DNA of 64,000 nucleotides, from contig CAVZZO010000001.1 in the NCBI GenBank assembly GCA_963779755.1, forward strand, positions 352,001 through 416,000, written 5' to 3'. A program made the position numbers and the translations under genes. The DNA is from an uncultured Gemmatimonadales bacterium (GTDB taxonomy: Bacteria > Gemmatimonadota > Gemmatimonadetes > Gemmatimonadales > GWC2-71-9). Of the stretch, positions 37,543 to 49,110 are shown piece by piece. Position 1 is the stretch's first letter. The number at the start of each line of letters is the position of its first letter. The notes under the pieces were generated by a model, which saw only the letters and a program-made list of their open reading frames with translations, had not been told where the DNA came from and did not search any database.

Positions 37543-39870
37543 ATGCGGGCAGGGTGGCTCGCCCGCCGGATGCCGGGGGCCCTGCTGTGCCTCCTCGTCT
37601 GGGCCGCCGCTCCGGTTGTGGGGCAGGGCCGCGACCCGGGTTGGCGCGAGGCAATCGCGACCCGGGGACGGGAGCTGGCCCGGGAATTCACCCTGCCGAG
37701 GCTGGCGGTGGTGCTGGCCACGCCGAAGGGGATACTCTGGGCCTCTGCCTTCGGCAGCGATAGCATAGGCAACGATACGGCGACAGTGTATCGCGCGGGC
37801 TCCCTTGCGAAAACGGTGACTGCCCTGGCCGTCATGCAACTGGCCGCCGCCGGGAAGCTGGATCTCGACGCGCCGGTGCGCCGCTATCTGCCCGGGTTCC
37901 GGCCCCGGAATCCCTATGGGGGCGCCATTACTCTGCGCCGGCTCCTGGAACATCGCTCCGGTCTGGACCGGGATCCGCCGGCCGGCGGGTATCTCGATTC
38001 CCTCGCGCCGCCGCTCGACTCGGTGGTGCGAAGCCTGAATGGTACTACCCTCCGGTTCGCCCCTGGGTCCCGGACGAAGTACAGCAACGCCGGTCCCACC
38101 GTCGCCGGGTTGGTGGTGGAGCGGGTGTCGGGGGAGCCGTATGCCTCCTATGTGCGAGACGCGATCCTGGCACCCTCCGGCATGGGGAGGAGCGGCATCG
38201 GCAGCCCCGAGGCGCTGGCGGGCGGGTGGCTCTGGGCCCCCGACCGGGAGCGGTTCGCCGCGCCTTCCTTTCGACTCGGCATCGCGCCGGCGGCCGGGCT
38301 GTACGCCTCGGCCGCCGATCTGGGGCGGTTTGCCGCCATGCTGCTGGCCGGCGGAACAGGGCCCGGCGGCCAGGTAGTGGACCGGGCAACCCTGCGGCAG
38401 ATGTGGAGTGCGCCGGCAGGGGACGCCAGCGGCTATGCCCTCGGTTTCCAGCAGAGCTCACTGGATGGCCGTTTCATGGTGGGGCATGCCGGAGCGGTCT
38501 ACGGATATACCTCTATCCTGAACCTGCTGCCGGACGATAGCATCGGGGTGGTCGTGGTCACCGACGTGGATGCGGCCAACGGGGTGGTCGCGCAGCTGGC
38601 GCAGTTCGCTCTCCGGGCCGTCCTGGCGGATCGGACGGCGGGGCCACCGCCGATTGTGGCGGACCTGCGCCCGGTAGGCGACTCTCTGGCCCACACGCTG
38701 GCGGGCCGCTACAGCAATGGAGCGGAGACCATGGAGCTGCAGAACCGGGGTGGTGCGCTTTCCTGGATTCCCGCTCCCGGCCGGCCGCCGCTGGCGTTGA
38801 GCCGCCTCGCTGATACGCTGGCAGTGAACGACCTGCGGGACTACGGCCCGCGGCTGGTGCCCTCGAGCTCAGGGAGAGGCCGGCTAGTGGTGGGCGGAGA
38901 TACCCTGGCGCGTGTTCAGGCGCCCAGGCCTGGGCCGCTCCCGGCACGCTGGCAGGGGATCATCGGTGAATACGGCCCGGACTATGGTGTTGTTTTTCTC
39001 TACGAGGCGGCCGGCCGGCTGATGGCCCGCACCGAGTGGTTCAACGCCGCGCCGCTGGAAGAGCTGGCAGCCGACCGCTTCCGTTTTCCCCGCAGCGGCA
39101 TGCACGCGGAGGAGGAGCTGGCCGTCCTCCGGGGGCCCGACCGGAGTGTGACGGGTATCCGGTTGGGCGGGGTGTGGCTACCGCGCCGCCGGATCGGCCC
39201 GGCAGCGGGTGGCCAGTTGCACGTCCACCCGGTGCGTCCGGTTGAAGAGCTGCGACAGGAAGCGCTGCAGGCTTCTCCGCCGGCCCAGCCGGCAGGGCTG
39301 CGCCCGCCCGACCTGGTGAATGTCGCGGCGCTGGATTCCAGCATTCACCTCGACATCCGCTACGCCGGCGCCAACAACTTCCTGGGCACCCCCTTCTACA
39401 CCCTTGCCCGGGCCTTCCTGCAGCGGCCCGCCGCCATGGCGCTGCTGCGGGCGCATCACGCCCTGCGCCGCTACGGGTACGGCATCCTGATCCATGACGC
39501 GTATCGTCCCTGGTATGTCACGAAGATCTTCTGGGACGCGACTCCCGATTCCCTCAGATGGCTGGTGGCCAACCCGGCCAACGGATCGCGGCACAATCGT
39601 GGCGCGGCGGTGGATGTGACGATGTATGATCTCGCCACCGGGCGTCCGGTGCCCATGCCTGGCACCTATGACGAATCGACCGACCGCTCATTCGCCTATT
39701 ATCCTGGCGGGACCGATCTGGAGCGGTGGAACCGCGGCCTGCTGCGGCGGGTGATGGAAGCACAGGGCTTCGCCATTTACCCGGCGGAGTGGTGGCACTT
39801 CGACTACGGGGAGTGGAGGGAGTATCCGATCCTGAACATACCGTTTGAGCAGATAGGGAAAGGGGAATAG
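37543..39870 (+). CDS. Secreted serine hydrolase (beta-lactamase family) fused to D-Ala-D-Ala dipeptidase (M15D/VanX) domain
   Basis: SLAK (SxxK), YSN, GHAG; C-terminal DAYRP, SRHNRGAAVD, EWWHFD. Confidence 0.85.
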   Translation: MRAGWLARRMPGALLCLLVWAAAPVVGQGRDPGWREAIATRGRELAREFTLPRLAVVLATPKGILWASAFGSDSIGNDTATVYRAGSLAKTVTALAVMQLAAAGKLDLDAPVRRYLPGFRPRNPYGGAITLRRLLEHRSGLDRDPPAGGYLDSLAPPLDSVVRSLNGTTLRFAPGSRTKYSNAGPTVAGLVVERVSGEPYASYVRDAILAPSGMGRSGIGSPEALAGGWLWAPDRERFAAPSFRLGIAPAAGLYASAADLGRFAAMLLAGGTGPGGQVVDRATLRQMWSAPAGDASGYALGFQQSSLDGRFMVGHAGAVYGYTSILNLLPDDSIGVVVVTDVDAANGVVAQLAQFALRAVLADRTAGPPPIVADLRPVGDSLAHTLAGRYSNGAETMELQNRGGALSWIPAPGRPPLALSRLADTLAVNDLRDYGPRLVPSSSGRGRLVVGGDTLARVQAPRPGPLPARWQGIIGEYGPDYGVVFLYEAAGRLMARTEWFNAAPLEELAADRFRFPRSGMHAEEELAVLRGPDRSVTGIRLGGVWLPRRRIGPAAGGQLHVHPVRPVEELRQEALQASPPAQPAGLRPPDLVNVAALDSSIHLDIRYAGANNFLGTPFYTLARAFLQRPAAMALLRAHHALRRYGYGILIHDAYRPWYVTKIFWDATPDSLRWLVANPANGSRHNRGAAVDVTMYDLATGRPVPMPGTYDESTDRSFAYYPGGTDLERWNRGLLRRVMEAQGFAIYPAEWWHFDYGEWREYPILNIPFEQIGKGE

Positions 39871-39922
39871 GGAACGGGGAAGGGGCCCACCGCTTCCCCC
39901 TTCCCGTTACCCTTTTCCCTAT
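39853..39922. repeat. Inverted AGGGGAA-type heptamer arrays joining two convergent stop codons
   Basis: ATAGGGAAAGGGGAATAGGGAACGGGGAAGGGG ... CCCCCTTCCCGTTACCCTTTTCCCTAT. Confidence 0.8.
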
Positions 39923-40980
39923 TCTCGCCGTTCGAAGCTCCCGCTCCACCGCGCGATCCGCCCGCCCGGCCCTGCCACCCATCCCGCGGTGGGGGAGACG
40001 AACGCGACGGTATTCCATTGCTGGTCGTCTACCCCCGTCCAGGTGACGCCGTCGTCGGTGGAATAGCCGGATCCCGAGGGCCCCACCGCGACGACCGTCC
40101 GGGTTCCAGGAACGTACACTACGGCATAGCGCACACCGGCCGGGATACTGCCGGCGACGATCTTCCAGGTACGGCCCCCGTCGTCCGATGCGAGGACGTT
40201 GCGGACCGCGGTTCGCGGTGTCTGATAGTTGCCTCCCACGGCCACCCCGTGCTGCCGGTCCCGGAAGGCCACGCCGAAAATCCCGGTGGACGGGCTGCCG
40301 CCGAGTTGGGTGGAGGCCGCGCTCCAGGTGCGTCCGCCGTCGGTACTGCGGAGGATGCGCGCGGTGTCGCTGCCGCCGGTGCCGATCCAGAAGTAGCCGC
40401 CCGGCAGTGCGCTGACGTCCGTGCCGCTGGCGGCGAAGCTGGCCTCCCCGACCCGGGGGGCCGGCAGCGCGGCGGCGGGGATTTCATTCCAGTGCTCCCC
40501 GTCCTCGGTGCGTACCACGACCATCTGGTTGCGAATCGGGTCGCCGAACGCGATGCCGTGGGTGGCATCGGAGAATGCCATGCCGTCGAAGAACATGCCG
40601 CTGTCGGCCCGCTCGTACTGGATGACCCAGGAGCGGCCGCTGTCGCTGGTGGCGTAGATCTGTCCCAGCCCGCCGTCGAAGTCGGTGCCGAGGACCCAGG
40701 CGCGGGCGGCATCGCGGGCGTGCACGTCGATCAGGAAGAGGTGCGATGCGCCGGGAATCGAATCCGCGCGCCAGGTGCGGCCGCCATCGGTGGTCCGGGC
40801 GACCACGCCTCCCCGGCCCGCGGCCCAGACCACGTTCGAATCCACGGCGTAGAGCCCGCGGAACTCGGCGGTGGTGCCGGTCGACTGGGGCGTCCATTGT
40901 GCCGCGAGCGGCGCGGCGGTGGAGGCGGCGAGGCCTGCAATGGCGAGTACCCATGAGGCTGGCGCCGTGGATCGGCTCAT
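39919..40980 (-). CDS. Secreted BNR/Ycf48-like beta-propeller protein
   Basis: Repeated Asp-boxes (TTDGGRTW, SDDGGRTW), FAASGT, signal peptide. Confidence 0.85.
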   Translation of the reverse strand: MSRSTAPASWVLAIAGLAASTAAPLAAQWTPQSTGTTAEFRGLYAVDSNVVWAAGRGGVVARTTDGGRTWRADSIPGASHLFLIDVHARDAARAWVLGTDFDGGLGQIYATSDSGRSWVIQYERADSGMFFDGMAFSDATHGIAFGDPIRNQMVVVRTEDGEHWNEIPAAALPAPRVGEASFAASGTDVSALPGGYFWIGTGGSDTARILRSTDGGRTWSAASTQLGGSPSTGIFGVAFRDRQHGVAVGGNYQTPRTAVRNVLASDDGGRTWKIVAGSIPAGVRYAVVYVPGTRTVVAVGPSGSGYSTDDGVTWTGVDDQQWNTVAFVSPTAGWVAGPGGRIARWSGSFERRE

Positions 40981-41002
40981 TCGAACTTCTCCGACAAAGG
41001 GG

Positions 41003-41129
41003 AACCGCAGATTACGCAGATTCGTTCAGGTCTTTTTCCGTCTGCTCATCTTCGACAACAATCAGGAGCATATTGCTGCCCCCCGGATACCAACAGGGAT
41101 CATCTGCGCAATCTGCGTAATCTGCGGTT
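41003..41129. repeat. 127-bp element with perfect 20-bp terminal inverted repeats made of CAGAT nonamers
   Basis: AACCGCAGATTACGCAGATT ... AATCTGCGTAATCTGCGGTT. Confidence 0.9.
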
Positions 41130-41150
41130 TCATCGCTGCGCGCTCCCCGC

Positions 41151-42733
<1,583 letters not shown>

Positions 42734-42737
<4 letters not shown>

Positions 42738-42955
42738 GGGCCGGGTTCCGGCGGGTCGAGGAGGACTTCGGTGAATTCGGTGGCCCCGGTCGCGAGCATG
42801 CGCCGGAGGTAGGGCCGGCAGAGGCCGCACCCCGCGCCGCAGCCGGTCTCGCGGATCAGCGTCTCCAAATCCCAATGCCGCGCGCGGGCGAGCGGCAGCA
42901 GGCGGGCGAAGGGCGTCTCGCGGCAGACGCACATGGTAATGCGAACGTCTCCCAT
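42734..42955 (-). CDS. BFD-like [2Fe-2S]-binding protein
   Basis: CVC ... TGCGAGCGLCRPY; stop overlaps the kinase start. Confidence 0.8.
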
Positions 42956-42970
42956 TGCATCCGGCGCGTC

Positions 42971-43687
42971 CTAGGGATTGGTGGGGCGCAGGTCGATCTC
43001 GCTGACCAGCACACGTTCCGGTTGCTGCAAGGCGCACAGGGTGGCCTGCGCGACGTCCTCCGGCCGGAGAATCTTGTCGAAATCGGGCTTGAGCACGCCC
43101 TGGTTCTTCATGAGGGCGGTGTTGACCGAGCCGGGAAGAATGGTGATGACCCGGACGTTGTCCTTGCGTACTTCCATCATCAGCGCCCGGCTGAACCCGA
43201 GGACGGCGTGCTTGCTGGCGACGTACGCGGTGCCGCCCGCGAAGCCGTTGCGGGCGGCGAGGCTGGCGATGTTGACGATGGAGCCCGACTTCCGCTTGCG
43301 CATGCCGGGCAGGACTTCCCGGCTGAGCAGAAACATGCTGCGGATGTTGGTGGCCATGGTGGCATCCCACTCGGCGAGCGTGAGCTTCTCGATGGGCTTG
43401 AGGATGGCGGTGCCGGCGTTGTTGACCAGCGTGTCCACCGGGCCGAGTTTGTCGCTCACGTGGTGCACGATGGTGCGGGCGGAGGTCTCGATGCCCACGT
43501 CTCCCGGAACACCGGCGGCTTCGATCCCCTCTTCTTCCAGTGCGGCGACCAGCTGCTCCAGGCGCTCGGCGGTGCGGGCGCACACGCCGATGCGGTAGCC
43601 GGCCTGCCCCAGAGCAAACGCGATGGCGCGGCCGATGCCTTCGGTGGCGCCGGTGACCAGCGCGACGGACGCGGTAGGCTCGGACAT
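42971..43687 (-). CDS. SDR family oxidoreductase
   Basis: TGATEGIG, NNAG, YVASK. Confidence 0.92.
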   Translation of the reverse strand: MSEPTASVALVTGATEGIGRAIAFALGQAGYRIGVCARTAERLEQLVAALEEEGIEAAGVPGDVGIETSARTIVHHVSDKLGPVDTLVNNAGTAILKPIEKLTLAEWDATMATNIRSMFLLSREVLPGMRKRKSGSIVNIASLAARNGFAGGTAYVASKHAVLGFSRALMMEVRKDNVRVITILPGSVNTALMKNQGVLKPDFDKILRPEDVAQATLCALQQPERVLVSEIDLRPTNP

Positions 43688-43752
43688 GGCGATGTAATGT
43701 AACGCGGCGGGCGGGCGGCCGACTACCGCAGCCGCCCGGTTAGCTTTGGTCG

Positions 43753-45639
43753 ATGGCCGCACCGCACTTCGTGCCTCCCTCGCGACGGCCTGGCGCCGCC
43801 GCGGCTCCCGACCGGAGCTGGCGGGAACAACTCCGGGCGCTGCGCCACGTCCCCCGGCTCTTCGGCATGGTCTGGCGCACCCACCGCAGCTACACGGTGT
43901 CCATAGCGTGCCTGCGGGTGGCTCGCGCCCTGGTGCCTCTCGTGGTGCTGTGGATCGGGAAACTCATCATCGATGATGTCGTATCGCTGAGCGACGCCTG
44001 GCGGTCCGGAGCGCCGATCGTCTGGCGGCCGCTGGTGATACTGGTCGCCGCCGAGCTGGTGGTGGCGGTGGTGGGAGAGGGGCTGGCCCGGCTCTCCTCG
44101 CTGCTCGAGAGCCTGCTGGGAGACCTCTTCGCCAACCGGACGAGCATCGCGCTGATGGAGCACGCGGCCACCCTCGATCTGGAGCAGTTCGAGGATGCCG
44201 ACACCTACGACCGGCTGGAACGGGCCCGGCGGCAGACCGTCGGCCGGATCGCGCTCTTCACCCAGCTGCTCTCATCTCTGCAGGACCTGATCACGCTGGT
44301 GACCCTGGCGGCCGCGCTGGTGGTCTACGTCCCCTGGCTGCTGGTGCTGCTGGCCGTTTCTGTCCTGCCCAGCTTCCTGGGGGAGAGCCACTACGCGTCC
44401 CTGGGGTATTCGCTCCTGTATTCCTGGACCCCGCAGCGACGGCTGCTGGACTACCTGCGCTACCTCGGCGCAAGCGACATCTCGGCCAAGGAGGTCAAGC
44501 TCTTCGGCCTGTCGGATTTTCTGGTGGGCCGCTATGCCCGGCTCTCGGACGAGTTCTACCTGGCCAACAAGCGGCTGGCCGTCCGCCGCAGCCTGGTCTC
44601 GGGCCTGCTCGCGGTGCTGGGAACGCTGGGCTATTACTCCGCCTACGGCGTTATCATCTATCTGACCGTCACGCATTACCGCTCGCCCGGCGGCGTCTTC
44701 ACCCTGGGTGTCCTCACCTTCCTGGCCGGCTCCTTCCGGCAGAGTCGCGATCTGATCCAGCGGGTCCTGCTCAGCCTCTCGCAGATCTACGAGCAGAGCC
44801 TCTACCTCGACGACCTCTTCAGCTTCTTCACTCTCCAGCCCCGGATCGAGTCGCGGGCGGCGGCGCCGCCGGTGCCGGTCCCCATTCGTGAGGGGTTCGT
44901 CTTCGAGGATGTCGGATTCCGCTACCCGGAGTCCGAGCGCTGGGCGGTGCGCCACCTGAGCTTCCGGCTGGTGCCGGAACAGCGCATCGCGCTGGTGGGC
45001 GAGAACGGTGCGGGCAAGACCACGCTGGTGAAGCTGCTGGGACGGCTCTACGACCCGTCCGAGGGACGTATCCTGCTCGACGGCGTGGATCTGCGGGAGT
45101 ACGACGTGGACAGCCTGCGCCGCAATATCGGCGTGATCTTCCAGGACTTCGTGCGCTACGATCTGGCCCTGCGCGAGAACATCGCGGTCGGCAGCATCCA
45201 CGACCTGGACAACGAGCCCGCGATCGAGGCCGCCGCCTCGCGCAGCCTGGCCGACCAGGTCGCCTCCCGGGTGCCGGAGGGATATGCCCAGATGCTGGGA
45301 CGGCGCTTCGAAGGCGGGGTGCAGCTCTCGGGCGGCGAATGGCAGAAGGTGGCGCTGGCCCGCGCCTACCTGCGCGATGCCCAGGTGCTCATCCTGGACG
45401 AGCCGACTGCCGCGCTGGACGCCCGGGCGGAATACGAGGTCTTCCTGCGCTTCAGCGAGCTGACCGCCGGGCGCATGGCGGTGCTCATTTCCCACCGATT
45501 CTCCACCGTCCGCATGGCGGACTGGATCCTGGTGCTGCAGGAGGGGCAGCTGGTGGAGGAGGGGACGCACGAGCAGCTGGTGACGCAGGGCGGGTTGTAT
45601 GCGGAGCTGTTTCAGCTCCAGGCGCGGGGGTATCGATAG
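43753..45639 (+). CDS. ABC transporter, fused permease/ATPase
   Basis: GENGAGKTT, LSGGEWQ, ILDEPT, ISHRFS; N-terminal TM domain. Confidence 0.93.
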   Translation: MAAPHFVPPSRRPGAAAAPDRSWREQLRALRHVPRLFGMVWRTHRSYTVSIACLRVARALVPLVVLWIGKLIIDDVVSLSDAWRSGAPIVWRPLVILVAAELVVAVVGEGLARLSSLLESLLGDLFANRTSIALMEHAATLDLEQFEDADTYDRLERARRQTVGRIALFTQLLSSLQDLITLVTLAAALVVYVPWLLVLLAVSVLPSFLGESHYASLGYSLLYSWTPQRRLLDYLRYLGASDISAKEVKLFGLSDFLVGRYARLSDEFYLANKRLAVRRSLVSGLLAVLGTLGYYSAYGVIIYLTVTHYRSPGGVFTLGVLTFLAGSFRQSRDLIQRVLLSLSQIYEQSLYLDDLFSFFTLQPRIESRAAAPPVPVPIREGFVFEDVGFRYPESERWAVRHLSFRLVPEQRIALVGENGAGKTTLVKLLGRLYDPSEGRILLDGVDLREYDVDSLRRNIGVIFQDFVRYDLALRENIAVGSIHDLDNEPAIEAAASRSLADQVASRVPEGYAQMLGRRFEGGVQLSGGEWQKVALARAYLRDAQVLILDEPTAALDARAEYEVFLRFSELTAGRMAVLISHRFSTVRMADWILVLQEGQLVEEGTHEQLVTQGGLYAELFQLQARGYR

Positions 45640-45647
45640 GAGGGACC

Positions 45648-45723
45648 CAGGAATCAGGAGTCAGGGACCAGGGACCAGGAGTCAGGAATCAGGAATCAGG
45701 AATCAGGAGTCAGGAGTCAGGGG
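45648..45723 (+). repeat. Tandem heptamer array CAGGAAT/CAGGAGT/CAGGGAC, about 11 units
   Basis: Directly visible after the ABC gene stop. Confidence 0.9.
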
Positions 45724-45780
45724 GTCACGGTGAGGGGACGGGGGCGCTTCAGATTGCTCCTACCCGGTCAGGAGATCATC

Positions 45781-46293
45781 ATGCGCTGGTTGCCCGTCTT
45801 TCTGCTCTCGGCGGCTCTGCTCGCTCCGCTACCCCTGCCGGCCCAGCTCACGCCCTCGGCGGCAACGGCATCCCCCCTCTTTCAGCCGGCCGTCGGGAGA
45901 AATCCGGGCCCGGAGCGGCCGGAGTCGCGCAGCGGCTCCACCCTCGTCTTTGCCGGCGTCACCGGGATGGCCGTCGGCTTCGCGGCCGGGGCGGTGGTCG
46001 GTGTGGGTGTGGCAGGGTGTTCGGACACAGGAGAGGGATACTGCAGCCTGGGGGCGGGTGCATTCGGGGGCCTGGCGGGAGCGACAATCGGAATTCCCCT
46101 GGCCGTGCACCTGGTGAACCACCGGCGAGGGTCGCTATCTCAGGAAGTCGCGTTCTCCAGTGGCCTGTTCCTGGCCGGACTCGCGTTCACGGCCGCCACC
46201 GATGAGGCGGTGGTCCTGCTGATGATACCCCTGGCCCAAATTGCGGGGAGTATATGGATGGAGTCGAAGGGCACGGAACCGGGCGAGAGGTGA
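45781..46293 (+). CDS. Secreted/membrane glycine-zipper-like hypothetical protein
   Basis: Signal peptide, Gly-rich TM segments, C-x7-C loop, AGGAG RBS. Confidence 0.7.
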   Translation: MRWLPVFLLSAALLAPLPLPAQLTPSAATASPLFQPAVGRNPGPERPESRSGSTLVFAGVTGMAVGFAAGAVVGVGVAGCSDTGEGYCSLGAGAFGGLAGATIGIPLAVHLVNHRRGSLSQEVAFSSGLFLAGLAFTAATDEAVVLLMIPLAQIAGSIWMESKGTEPGER

Positions 46294-46309
46294 GCGGCGG
46301 GCGGGCCCA

Positions 46310-46348
46310 CACCTTACCCCTCACGCCTTACCTGTTACGCCTTACCTC
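46310..46348. repeat. CCTTACG/CCTCACG heptamer array overlapping a stop codon
   Basis: CACCTTACCCCTCACGCCTTACCTGTTACGCCTTACC. Confidence 0.7.
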
Positions 46349-46675
46349 CAGGCCTCCGCGGCGGTCGGTCTCCTCCGCCTTCCTGAGGTATAACGCGCAG
46401 CGGTAGGCCAGTTTACGGATGCGAATGGCGTCGCCCGGGGAGAGCCAGCCCTGGCCTTCGCCCACCGTGACCAGCCGGTGCAGGGCGCCGAACGCGTAGC
46501 GGCGGCGGCCGTCCCGGAGACGGGCCCGGACCCGGCGGAGCAGTCTCCGGGGCCGGGAACGGGGGAGGCGGGCGAGCAGATCGTCCAGTGCTTCCCGGAG
46601 GGCCTGGAAGTAGCCGGGGAGAATGGCATCGGCGACAAAGCGCATGCCGTCAGGATAGGTCTCAGCCGTGGCCAC
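46328..46675 (-). CDS. Hypothetical basic helical protein
   Basis: 115-aa ORF, GTG start with AAGGG upstream, GC3-rich codons. Confidence 0.5.
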   Translation of the reverse strand: MATAETYPDGMRFVADAILPGYFQALREALDDLLARLPRSRPRRLLRRVRARLRDGRRRYAFGALHRLVTVGEGQGWLSPGDAIRIRKLAYRCALYLRKAEETDRRGGLEVRRNR

Positions 46676-46850
46676 GTCGTAACCCTTTTCATGCCTTGGT
46701 GATCCTGCGCACGCAGCGCCCTGGCGGCGCCGGTGAGTGGTGTCTCAGGATGGCACGGCCCCGGCGGGGCGTCGGTGAGAGGGGTCACGCAGGGCGGCAG
46801 GATGGCCCTAAAGGACTTCCTCGCGGCTTTCTATTGGAGGCCGCTCGGTC

Positions 46851-46903
46851 GCAGGACGGCAGGACGGCAGGACGGCAAGACGGCAAGACGGCAAGACGGC
46901 AGG
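46851..46903 (+). repeat. Octamer array ACGGCAGG/ACGGCAAG, about 6 units
   Basis: Directly visible upstream of the EF-G paralog. Confidence 0.9.
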
Positions 46904-46967
46904 GCGTTTGACAATCCCGAGACCTCCCGGCCAAGTTCCATACCCCATTCTCCCGAGGAGGTGAGCC

Positions 46968-49010
46968 ATGAACGTCTATGGCTCGGAGGCCATCCGGAAC
47001 GTCGCCTTTGTGGGGCACGGCGGTTCCGGGAAGACCTCCCTGGTAGACGCACTGGCGTTCGTGTCCGGCAGCAGCCGGCGCCATGGCTCGGTGAAGGACG
47101 GTACCTCGCTCACCGACTACACTCCCGACGAAATCCAGCACCAGCACTCCATCAGCCTCGGCCTCGCCTATGCCGAGTGGATGGACACCAAGATCAACCT
47201 GATCGATACGCCCGGGTATCTCGATTTCTTCGGCGATACCGTGGCGGGTTTGTATACCGCCGACGCGGCGGTGGTGGTGCTGGGCGGCGTCAGCGGCGTC
47301 GAGGTCGGGACCGAGAAGGTCTGGGAGGTGTGCGATACGCTGCACCTGCCGCGGATCCTGTTCGTCTCGCAGATGGACAAGGAAAACGCCGAGTTCGAGC
47401 GGGTGTTCGCCAACATCAAGGAGCACCTGAGCCCCAAGGTCGTGCCGGTGGAGATCCCGGTGGGCAACGGCCCGGATTTCCACGGCATCATCAACCTGTT
47501 TTCCGGGAAGTGCCATGTCTACAAGCAGGGCACCAAGGCCGGCGAATACGAGGAGCAGGACATTCCCTCCGAACAGCAGCAGCGTTACGAGCAGTACTCG
47601 CTCGAGTTGACCGAGACGGTGGCCTCCACCGACGACGACCTGCTGGAGCGCTATCTGGGTGGCGAGACCATCTCCCGCGAGGAGGTGATCGGCGCCATGA
47701 AGAAGGCGATGCTCTCGGGGGAGATCGTTCCGCTCTTCTGCGGCAGCGCGGAGCTGACCTACGGCGTGCGGGCGCTGCTCACCAAGATCGTGGAACTGCT
47801 GCCCTCACCCGCCGAGATCAAACCGCCGGTGGATGCGCCCCTGTCGGGCCACGTCTTCAAGGTGGTCTCGGAGCCCCACGTGGGCGACATCTCCTTTTTC
47901 CGCATCTACACCGGCTCGATCAGGAGTGGCGACGAGGTGTGGAACGCCGAGCACAACGTGGCCGAGAAGCTGAACCACCTGTCGATTCAGCAGGGCAAGG
48001 AACGGCTGGAGGTGCCGCAGCTCAATCGCGGCGATATCGGTTCGGTGGCGAAGCTCAAGGATACCCACACCAACGACACCTTCTGCCGGCAGGATTCGCC
48101 GGTGCACCTGCCGGAGATCCCCTACCCGGAAGCGGTGGCGACCAGCGCCGTGGTGGTCCGCAAGCGGGGCGAAGAGGACAAGCTGGCGGCCGGGCTGCAC
48201 AAGCTGCATGAAGAAGACCCGACGTTCCACTTCGAGTACAGCAGCGAGCTGGGCCAGACGCTGATCCACGGGCTGGGCGAGAAGCATTTCGAGATCATTC
48301 TGGAGCGGCTGGCCCGGAAGTTCGGGGTCCATGCCGAGCTGGTCCGCCCCCGGGTGGCGTACCGGGAGACCATCAAGGCGAAGGCCGAGGGCCAGGGGAA
48401 ACACAAGAAGCAGACCGGCGGCCGGGGCCAGTACGGCGACTGCTGGATCCGCCTGGCACCCCAGCCCCGGGGCGCCGGTTACGAGTTCGCGGACAAGATC
48501 GTGGGTGGGGTGATTCCGGGGAAATACGTGCCGGCGGTGGACCGGGGAATTCAGGAGTCGGCGGAGCGCGGCGTGGTGGCGGGATATCCGATGGTGGATT
48601 TCAGGGCCGAGTGCTTCGACGGCTCCTACCACGACGTGGACTCAAACGAAATGTCCTTCAAGATGGCCGGGATCCTGGCCTTCCGGAACGTCGCTCCCAA
48701 GTGCAAGCCGATCCTGCTCGAGCCCCTGCGGGACCTCGAAGTCTGGACGCCGGACGACACGCTGGGCGACGTCATGGGCGACCTGAGCTCGCGCCGGGGT
48801 CAGATCCTCGGCACCGAGAAGGACGGCCGGCTGACCAAGGTCCGGGCCATCGTGCCCGAGTCCGAGCTGTACAAGTACTCCACCACGCTGCATTCGATCA
48901 CCCATGGGCGCGGGACGCACTGGGAGAAGTTCCACGGGTACGTGGAGGCTCCGGCCGATGTCGCCGCCAAGGTGGCGGCGGAAAACGAGGAGCAGAAAGA
49001 GGCGTCGTAA
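46968..49010 (+). CDS. fusA: Elongation factor G paralog (EF-G2-like, stand-alone)
   Basis: GHGGSGKTSL, DTPGY, EEDPTF, HKKQTGGRGQYG, DGSYHDVDS, DLSSRRG; not in a str operon. Confidence 0.92.
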   Translation: MNVYGSEAIRNVAFVGHGGSGKTSLVDALAFVSGSSRRHGSVKDGTSLTDYTPDEIQHQHSISLGLAYAEWMDTKINLIDTPGYLDFFGDTVAGLYTADAAVVVLGGVSGVEVGTEKVWEVCDTLHLPRILFVSQMDKENAEFERVFANIKEHLSPKVVPVEIPVGNGPDFHGIINLFSGKCHVYKQGTKAGEYEEQDIPSEQQQRYEQYSLELTETVASTDDDLLERYLGGETISREEVIGAMKKAMLSGEIVPLFCGSAELTYGVRALLTKIVELLPSPAEIKPPVDAPLSGHVFKVVSEPHVGDISFFRIYTGSIRSGDEVWNAEHNVAEKLNHLSIQQGKERLEVPQLNRGDIGSVAKLKDTHTNDTFCRQDSPVHLPEIPYPEAVATSAVVVRKRGEEDKLAAGLHKLHEEDPTFHFEYSSELGQTLIHGLGEKHFEIILERLARKFGVHAELVRPRVAYRETIKAKAEGQGKHKKQTGGRGQYGDCWIRLAPQPRGAGYEFADKIVGGVIPGKYVPAVDRGIQESAERGVVAGYPMVDFRAECFDGSYHDVDSNEMSFKMAGILAFRNVAPKCKPILLEPLRDLEVWTPDDTLGDVMGDLSSRRGQILGTEKDGRLTKVRAIVPESELYKYSTTLHSITHGRGTHWEKFHGYVEAPADVAAKVAAENEEQKEAS

Positions 49011-49044
49011 CGGCAGGGATCAGGAACCAGGAATCGGGAATCAG

Positions 49045-49088
49045 GGGGCGAGGCAGGGGCGAGACATGCCTCGCCCCTGCCTCGCCCC
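49045..49088. repeat. REP-like palindrome
   Basis: GGGGCGAGGCAGGGGCGAG-ACATGC-CTCGCCCCTGCCTCGCCCC. Confidence 0.8.
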
Positions 49089-49110
49089 TGCGCCGTCGGT
49101 TCCTGGTCCC

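Noticed and set aside
45648..45723. Tandem arrays as a possible CRISPR
   Set aside because: Units are 7-9 bp with no unique spacers and no cas genes
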